This document shows positions 26,317-33,400 of a stretch of 34,736 nt of DNA, in pieces. The notes under the pieces were generated by a model. It was not told where the DNA came from and ran no database searches. It saw nothing but the letters and a program-made list of their open reading frames with translations. Within the stretch, counting starts at the first letter, position 1, and every line of letters begins with the position of its first letter. This DNA comes from a virus. Lineage: Duplodnaviria > Caudoviricetes. The stretch spans positions 1 through 34,736 of IMG/VR virus record IMGVR_UViG_3300031701_000006; one strand, written 5' to 3'. The position numbers and the translations under genes were made by a program.

Positions 26317-26810
26317 ATTGCGTCACCCCTTCTAACGATTACGCTTATTTTTGGTTCGGACGAATTGCAATAATTATCTGGATTAAGCCCGATCTTGTTT
26401 AATTCGCCAACCCGCCAATACGACGGCTGGAGATAGTCGAGAAATTGCACCATCATTTCCCTAGGTGTCAACATCATTTCGCCAGTTTCCATATCGATTG
26501 ACGACTGGGAAATCCGGTCAGCCACATCGGCGGCAAGATCCTTGTGACGCCAACCGGATCGGCTGGCTGCCATCTTGCGCTCGATCTGCGCCCCATCCCT
26601 CAGGGCGACGATCTGGTTACTGTCCATGTATTCGCCGAGCCGCTTGGCCAGCGTGTCATAAACGGTAGCCATGTCCCGCTTGGCAAGATTCATCTCAAGC
26701 AGCAGTTCTGCCATCTCATCGACTTCTCGATCGATGTCGGTGAACGCTTTGATCTTAGTGTCGATTTCTAGAAGGTGGTTGCGAAGCGAACGAACGTCAT
26801 CAGGGGTCAT
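26313..26810 (-). CDS. Hypothetical protein
   Basis: GGAGG SD before ATG 26810. Its stop overlaps the annealase start. Confidence 0.7.
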   Translation of the reverse strand: MTPDDVRSLRNHLLEIDTKIKAFTDIDREVDEMAELLLEMNLAKRDMATVYDTLAKRLGEYMDSNQIVALRDGAQIERKMAASRSGWRHKDLAADVADRISQSSIDMETGEMMLTPREMMVQFLDYLQPSYWRVGELNKIGLNPDNYCNSSEPKISVIVRRGDAI

Positions 26811-26842
26811 GAAGCCTCCGGGCATCAGGTGGGGAGGGGATT

Positions 26843-28147
26843 TCAAACTACAATAGCGGCCCGTTTGCGTTGAGGCAAGCCTATGCCCGTGACGTGGGAG
26901 AAAGCCCCCGTGGCCGAGTCGACCTGGTCATCGTGGGCGCAGGCTTCAGGGAATGAGGACACCTCGTCCAGCCAGTCGGTCAACCATGTTCCCCGCACCA
27001 AACGCACATTGCCATTGGCCACGGCCGCCGCTAGCGGGCGAGCCCTCGTCACCTTGTCACCAGTGGCCCTGATCCCCATGAGATCAAACCCCGGCAGAAT
27101 GTACCGGGCGTACTGATCGATCAACGCTTTCCCTGACGAGCCAGGCTCTTGCTCTATGCGGATCGGCACGGCAGCGCCATCCTCGTAGGCCGTCTGGGCG
27201 ATGAGACGTTCGATGTCCTGACCCTTACCCCGGTGCCGTCTCACGTCCAGAACATAAGCAACGCCCTGATCGAACAACATCAAGGTGCCGACGGTCCAGT
27301 CGGGATCCGGATTCGATTGGCTCGGCTCGGTCGCTGCCAAATCCCAGAAGCGCACCGCCCGAGCCATCGGGGTCAACGTCGGCACTTCATCGCTTTCCAT
27401 AATTACAATTGATTCGCGATTGAACATCGTCCCCAGGGTCGTGGACCACCAGTCGCCCTCTTCGAGACGCTTGCGTTCCACCGGATCGAGCGCCTGCAGC
27501 GATCGACGATACGAGTCGGCGTCGATGCCGGGGTTGTCTTCGAGTTTGGACGGAACGAAGATGCGACTGTTGTCGTGCCCTTCGACGATGAAGCGTTGCC
27601 TGACCCAATTGGGCGCGGGGTTAGACGCTGCCCGCATCCTGAGCGGCACTTTGGAAACGGGACCCGATGCCGGCCGCCGCAAACGGGAGAATAGATAACG
27701 GTAATCGTGCTCCCGGATTTCGGTGACTTCGTCCATTCCGATGAACTGGAATTCGGCACCTTTGTAACGGAGATAATCCTGCGAGTTGTTCAAATAGCCA
27801 AACGAAACTCTCGCTCCTGACGGGAACGTTGCGACGTACATCGAGCCGTTCCACCTGACGTCATCGACTTCTTCAATCCATGCCGTGAAGCGATCCATGA
27901 TGGCACCGGGGAGCGCGAGGTCAGCATAAGTTCGACGGAAAATAATGGCGTTGTAGCCAGGTACATCTACATACTGGAGGGCCGACATGAGGAGGGCGGA
28001 GGATTTGCCGCCCCCGGCCGCACCACCAAAAAGCGCTTCGAGGGCATAGGTGCGCAAGAAAACCTTCTGCGTCAGCGAAGGGGTCTCCGGGCAATACGGA
28101 GAATCCCTCGGCTGGAGGAACTCTAGGATTTCATCCCAATCGGTCAC
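26843..28147 (-). CDS. terL: Terminase large subunit
   Basis: Walker A GGAAGGGKS, Walker B FIGMDE, motif III ASNP, nuclease FWDLA and HDDQVDS. The GTG at 28147 has better SD spacing than 28153. Confidence 0.95.
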   Translation of the reverse strand: MTDWDEILEFLQPRDSPYCPETPSLTQKVFLRTYALEALFGGAAGGGKSSALLMSALQYVDVPGYNAIIFRRTYADLALPGAIMDRFTAWIEEVDDVRWNGSMYVATFPSGARVSFGYLNNSQDYLRYKGAEFQFIGMDEVTEIREHDYRYLFSRLRRPASGPVSKVPLRMRAASNPAPNWVRQRFIVEGHDNSRIFVPSKLEDNPGIDADSYRRSLQALDPVERKRLEEGDWWSTTLGTMFNRESIVIMESDEVPTLTPMARAVRFWDLAATEPSQSNPDPDWTVGTLMLFDQGVAYVLDVRRHRGKGQDIERLIAQTAYEDGAAVPIRIEQEPGSSGKALIDQYARYILPGFDLMGIRATGDKVTRARPLAAAVANGNVRLVRGTWLTDWLDEVSSFPEACAHDDQVDSATGAFSHVTGIGLPQRKRAAIVV

Positions 28148-28170
28148 AGGCACAACTCCGGTCCTTATCC

Positions 28171-28197
28171 ATTGTAGACGCGCTGGTGCGATAGGGT
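28171..28197. promoter_or_regulatory. Back-to-back divergent -10 boxes (TACAAT on minus 28176-28171; TAGGGT on plus 28192-28197)
   Basis: 57-nt intergenic region between terL and the portal operon. The plus-strand box is 7 nt before ATG 28205 (leaderless). Confidence 0.55.
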
Positions 28198-28204
28198 GGC
28201 GTCC

Positions 28205-28381
28205 ATGTCATTGTTGGGTCGGTTGCGCTCCATGCTAAATCGGGGAAACGCCGCAAATCTGCTGATGGTATCCTTTATTATATGCACTAGCGCAGGTGCG
28301 TGGATGATTCGCCCCTCCTTGGGGCTTATAGTCGCCGGCGCAGCATGCGGTCTCCTCGGCTTCCTACTAGGTCTTGAGTAA
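28205..28381 (+). CDS. Small two-TM membrane protein preceding portal
   Basis: 58 aa with two hydrophobic helices. Such genes commonly precede HK97-type portals. Confidence 0.7.
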   Translation: MSLLGRLRSMLNRGNAANLLMVSFIICTSAGAWMIRPSLGLIVAGAACGLLGFLLGLE

Positions 28382-28383
28382 AT

Positions 28384-30378
28384 ATGGCTTGGAATTCTTC
28401 CCAAAACAAAATTCTCGGAAATACCGGAACCAAGGCGTACACCATTGGGCCTGGGGCACCTGTCGCCCAAAACCCCAATTTGGCCGGCAAGGCATATCGC
28501 GACCAATGGGACATTGAACAGGCTTACCGCCAAGGCGTACAGAAGGTCACTTGGGTCGCCAGATGCATTGATGCCATCGCCGGCAATCAGGCTCGCCTGC
28601 CCATCGTCCTCCGAAAGAACAATTCTCCGGATGGAGAGATCGTCAAGAACAAGCGATCCAAGGATTCGCTCCTCCACATCCTGAACAGCAAGTCCAACAT
28701 CGGAGAGAACTCCTTCATCTTTCGATACCGCCTGTCCTCCCAACTTCTCATGGGAACCAGGGGTGCGTTTATCGAAAAGGTGCAGGGGCGCGACGGACGA
28801 ATCCTCGGGCTCAACCTGCTGCCGCCACAATCCACGGCCCCCATCCCGCACCCCAAAACATTCGTATCCGGCTACGAGGTAATGATGCCGGACGGGACGA
28901 AGATCATCATGAAGCCGGATCAAGTGGTTTGGATTCGACGTCCACATCCATTGGACCCGTACCTCTCTCTAACTCCCATGGAGTCCGCTGGCGTTGCGAT
29001 CGAGATCGAGAACCTCGCCAAGTTGTACAACCGGAACTATCTCCTCAACGATGGTCGCCCGGGTGGACTCCTTGTAGTCAAGGGTGACATTGACGACGAC
29101 GACAAGATGGAGTTGCGCAGCCGGTTCAGGGCTAATCTCGGAACGGCTGGCGCGACAACGGTAATCGCCGCAGATGACGGGGTTGATTATGTCGACACTT
29201 CAGCCAGTCCCCGAGACGCTGCCTACATCCAGATGCGCCAAATCACCAAAGAGGAAATCCTGGCCGCGTTTGGCGTTCCAGAGTCTGTAATCGGTAACGC
29301 CGCAGGCCGAACTTTCGCTAACGCTGGCGAGGAAATTCGAGTCTTCTGGAGCGAAACGATGATGCCCCATTTGGAGCATCTGGCCCGCGCATTCGACATT
29401 CTGGACGACAAGCATTATGTCGACTTCGATATCAGTGCCGTCCCCAGCCTCGCCCTTTACGAGCAGGAACGGAATCGCTATGTGAAAGAGGAGTTCCAGA
29501 CCGGCCTAATCAGTGCCAACGAGTACCGAGAAGCATCTGGTCGAAAAATAGTCCATTCGGAGTTGGGCGATTCTCTTCTCCAGAACCCGAACCTGACTCC
29601 AATCGGCAATACTCACAAGGAAATGGAAACGCCCAACGCTCAAATGGGTGGACCTGGCGGCGCACCTCCCGGCATGCCCCCACCGGGTATGCCGGGCGCA
29701 CCACAGCCGGGAGCCCCAGGCGCACCGGCGATGCCGGGAATGCCGCCGGGCCCAGAACAGCCGCTTGACCCCAATACCATGCAGGGCGCACTCGCGGCAC
29801 AGCCGGGTCAGGCGGCACCGGGACAGATGTCGGGCGAGCCAGAGGCCATGTCCTATAAGACCATGGGACAAACCTCCGAACTGGAACGTTGGACTGAGAT
29901 CCTCGACCGAGGACTCGAACGTCTGTTCGAACGGCAACAGCGCGTAGTGCTTGAAAAAGCCAGTGGCGCCAAGGCCAAGAAAGCCCTCACCGATGGCACC
30001 CTCGATGTGGACATGATCATGTCACAGGACGTATGGGACAAGCAGGTGGATGAAGACATCCGCCCGGTTCTCAACGCCATCGTCAAAGACGCCACAGAAA
30101 CTTACTCAGCCAAGTCAGAAAACTACAAAAGTTTGTCACCTGACGACGTCGCTTCCCATGTCAATTCCCAAATGGACCGCATCAAATCAATCAATACCTC
30201 CAGTCGAGAGACAATTGTCGACCAAATCCTGCAATCTCTCAAGGTCAAAGACCCAGAGAGGCGCGCCACGACGCTCAGGAGTGCCCTGATCGGTCACTTC
30301 ACTCACCTTCTGGCCAAAACTAGATCCCAGTTTGCTACCGACGAAGCACGTCGAGCCTGGAATCTGCCTAGCCACTAG
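28384..30378 (+). CDS. Portal protein (HK97 family) fused via a Pro/Gly linker to a partial MuF-like head morphogenesis region
   Basis: WVARCIDAIA..QARLP, LLMGTRGAF, NDGRPGGLL, EEILAAFGVP..VIG and GLISANEYR. Then a PGMP-rich linker and LFERQQRVVL...IKSINTSSRETI...FATDEARRAWN. Confidence 0.9.
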   Translation: MAWNSSQNKILGNTGTKAYTIGPGAPVAQNPNLAGKAYRDQWDIEQAYRQGVQKVTWVARCIDAIAGNQARLPIVLRKNNSPDGEIVKNKRSKDSLLHILNSKSNIGENSFIFRYRLSSQLLMGTRGAFIEKVQGRDGRILGLNLLPPQSTAPIPHPKTFVSGYEVMMPDGTKIIMKPDQVVWIRRPHPLDPYLSLTPMESAGVAIEIENLAKLYNRNYLLNDGRPGGLLVVKGDIDDDDKMELRSRFRANLGTAGATTVIAADDGVDYVDTSASPRDAAYIQMRQITKEEILAAFGVPESVIGNAAGRTFANAGEEIRVFWSETMMPHLEHLARAFDILDDKHYVDFDISAVPSLALYEQERNRYVKEEFQTGLISANEYREASGRKIVHSELGDSLLQNPNLTPIGNTHKEMETPNAQMGGPGGAPPGMPPPGMPGAPQPGAPGAPAMPGMPPGPEQPLDPNTMQGALAAQPGQAAPGQMSGEPEAMSYKTMGQTSELERWTEILDRGLERLFERQQRVVLEKASGAKAKKALTDGTLDVDMIMSQDVWDKQVDEDIRPVLNAIVKDATETYSAKSENYKSLSPDDVASHVNSQMDRIKSINTSSRETIVDQILQSLKVKDPERRATTLRSALIGHFTHLLAKTRSQFATDEARRAWNLPSH

Positions 30379-30380
30379 AC

Positions 30381-30415
30381 AGTTTCAGTAAACGGGGGTT
30401 CCATTTACTGAAACT
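30381..30415. terminator. Perfect 12-bp inverted repeat after the portal stop (terminator, processing site or operator)
   Basis: AGTTTCAGTAAA-cgggggttcca-TTTACTGAAACT. AT-rich stem with no immediate U-tract. Confidence 0.45.
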
Positions 30416-30423
30416 ATGATATT

Positions 30424-30488
30424 TTCCTCATCCCTTTACACTTCCCCGCCACCTTTGTGACCTATTATGGCGTAAGGACGTAGAGGAG
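30424..30488 (+). promoter_or_regulatory. -10 box TATTAT (30463-30468) within a nested anti-SD hairpin in front of the protease gene
   Basis: UUCCUC (30424-29) / GAGGAG (30483-88), CUUUA/UAAGG and CGCCA/UGGCG nested pairings enclose the -10. Confidence 0.55.
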
Positions 30489-30494
30489 TTTTTC

Positions 30495-33400
30495 ATGCCC
30501 GCTACCGTTATGGATAACATCCTGACCAAAGCCACCAATGGGCAGGTCAGCGTCGATGAGGCGCAAGGGATCGTTGAATGCTTTGTTGCTGGTATAGGCA
30601 ACAAGGACTCCGTCGGTGACATCATTCAGCCAGGAGCATTTGCAGGCAGCCTTCAGCGCCGCAAGCCACGCGTTGTTTGGGGCCACAACTGGAACGACCC
30701 CATCGGCAAGATTCTAGAAATCTACGAAGTCGGTCCTAGCGACAACCGCCTGCCGGCGAAGATGAAAGAGGGCGGCGTTGGAGGACTCTACGCCCGAGTC
30801 CAATTCAATCTGGGCTCCGAAAAGGGTCGAGAAGCATTCGCCAGTGTCGCTTTCTTCGGGGAAGAGCAGGAATGGTCGATCGGTTACAAGACGATCAACG
30901 CAACACAGGACCCGGTACGACAGGCGAACCTGCTAAGGGAAGTGGAACTTTATGAATGCTCCCCCGTTCTCCACGGCGCGAACCAACTGACCGGAACAAT
31001 TTCGGTCAAGGGCGCAGGGCAAGCGGTCATGGAGCATGAAGAAACGCATGTTGCTGCCGTTGGAGGTCTCGACTTCAGGTTTGACGACTTCGACGAGAAG
31101 GACGGGTTGCTCGCAATGATGCCCGTTGAGACTCCCCGAGATACTTCGTCCGATCAAATGAATCGGAAGTTGGAACTCGAGTTGATGTCACGCTCGCCTC
31201 AGCCGATCAAACTCATCACCGCTGAGAATGGGATAGCCGTTTTCCATGTGGAACGTTCAGATAACGGGTCGGCCATCTTCCGAGTTCATTACCACTACAA
31301 CCCAGAATGTGGATTCATGCTTGGACGTCCCGAGCGCGTTATGCCACAGATGGTGTATGCACCCACGAACGAGCCACCCATAATGCGGGTAAAACCGCAG
31401 GTCAACCCCAGCAGCAGGTACAGCAACGAGAATGACATGATGCCACGAGTCATGCGCATCGTTCAGAAGTTGACCGACGACCAGAAGTCACTAGAGCCCG
31501 ATGACCTACTTATCGAGATTCCGCTCGAAAGCGCATTCGCCACGAAATCGCTTCTGGATCCCATCATCGACTACCACGGCGCAGTTGCAGAGGTGGTTAA
31601 CGAGGGAATCTTTATCCACTCGGGTGCAACTCCTGAATTCATCACCGCCGTGGAAACGGCCACTAAAGGCCTCGGCCGAAGAATCGGGCCGGGCCGTGGG
31701 GGCGGTGGTGGCCTGGGAAAAGTGCGGCGCGCAGCGCGCGCCGTATCAGTATTTGACCCAAAGGCCTGGGACGGTGACGGTGACGGGATAGTCCAAGAGG
31801 GCACCCCATTCGAACGACCCGCTGTCCCTGGAATTAATACGAACCTTCCCGGGATGCCCAAGACGCGCGTCAAGCCGACTGACTATCCAGATGACCACCG
31901 CAAGCGCGGTGACGGCCTCGGTAGACGCGCTCCGATGTACGGCGACGACCTGCCGGAAAGTGTCCGACCTGCGTCCTGGGGACCGAAGAACCCCGCCGCA
32001 CCTCCTGGGTGGCCGAAGCCTGGGGAAGGGATCTTTGATGGGAGAAACGGTGACGACCTCGTCGAAGACGGACACCCGATTCCATCTATCTTCACACCTA
32101 ATCGGATACGTCCCTATAGGGGACGTGGTGAGCGGGCAGTCAATGACGTCTACAGGGGCGGACTACGCAACAGGTACTACCTGGCCGGCAAAGACAAGGG
32201 GGAATACCCGGACAATTCCGAGTTGGACGATCAGATTTTCGATGCATCGTTTGGCATATCGGGCGAACCCAAGAAACGCTCCGAGATCCTTAAAGAATTC
32301 GATATGGACGAGGACGAATTTCACGTTCGCTTCGGACGTGCCATTACAAGGATTAAAGAAGGGGGCCGGGATGATGCGGCAGCGACCAAGTATCTGAAAG
32401 AAGAAGCAAAGTGGCATGACGCATCGCCATCCACCGAATCCGGCATTGGCGGAATCATCGGAAATCCGGCAGTCGTCAACCCCCTGTATCGAGACGAAGA
32501 TGGAAATCTCATCACAGACCCCGCCGACTTGGCCCCCGGCGTTGACCCCGAACCCATCATGCCCAAACTGGATCAACGTACTTTGTCGTGGTTCAAAGGG
32601 GCGCTGCTCATGAGGGACAGGGGCTTCGACGATGAAACCATTGACGCCCTACTGGGCCCCCTCACCATCAACGGAGCCAGTCCCAATGTCCCCGAGGGAA
32701 CCCCCACCCGCGCTCTCAGGCAGGTCGGCTTGTCGCCAACTGTTCCGCCCATGCCCGTGATGAAGAGAGATCCCATTCCCTGGGACGAAATGGAACGGGA
32801 ATACGAGATTGGTACGGATGGAGACCTGAGCCTCCTCTTTCTCCTCAACGCTTGGTCCCGGCAAGCAGACTTGACGCCGGAAGAGGCAGACGCCGATGAC
32901 AAAGCCGCTTCAATCCGCGCCCTACTCGATGACACGGTACTCCGAGAAGGGGAGATCCCTAAAGGTCAATCGGGTAAACCTGAGCGTAAACCCAACACGA
33001 GCGTATGGGGCGAGCATCGAGAAGATGTTCCCGACAAAGATGAGGAAGTCGAAAGCCTTAGAGACCTCGTACCGGGAGAACTGGTAGCGCCCAAGGCGGC
33101 GGAACTCCTCCCGCCGGACGATGGCTCTTTTGCTGCCGAACTAGAGAAGAAGGTCGGACTCCGCTCCTCTAGGCGCGAGATGGAAAGCGACAAACGTAGA
33201 GAACTCGCCTCCAACTCCCTCGAAGAAAACCTCGCCTCCCTGTCGGACGCGCTTGGACGCGAACAAGATTGGGAGGATGCCAATCCTGATTTCGATATTG
33301 ACAACCCCCCGGACGCAGGTCCCAAGGGTTACAGCGACGAACTCGAAGCATGGGGCGACAAGTGGGAAGAACGCGTGGCCATCGAGCACGAGGTCAACGA

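Noticed and set aside
61-28238. Many plus-strand ORFs of 60-265 aa (e.g. 12341..13132, 13011..13802, 20509..21306, 23291..23956, 24277..24936)
   Set aside because: They are antisense shadows of well-supported minus-strand genes in GC-rich DNA, with no SD and no motifs.
28165-28947. 260-aa minus-strand ORF upstream of terL as a possible small terminase
   Set aside because: It is antisense to the portal and membrane-protein genes and has no terS-like features.
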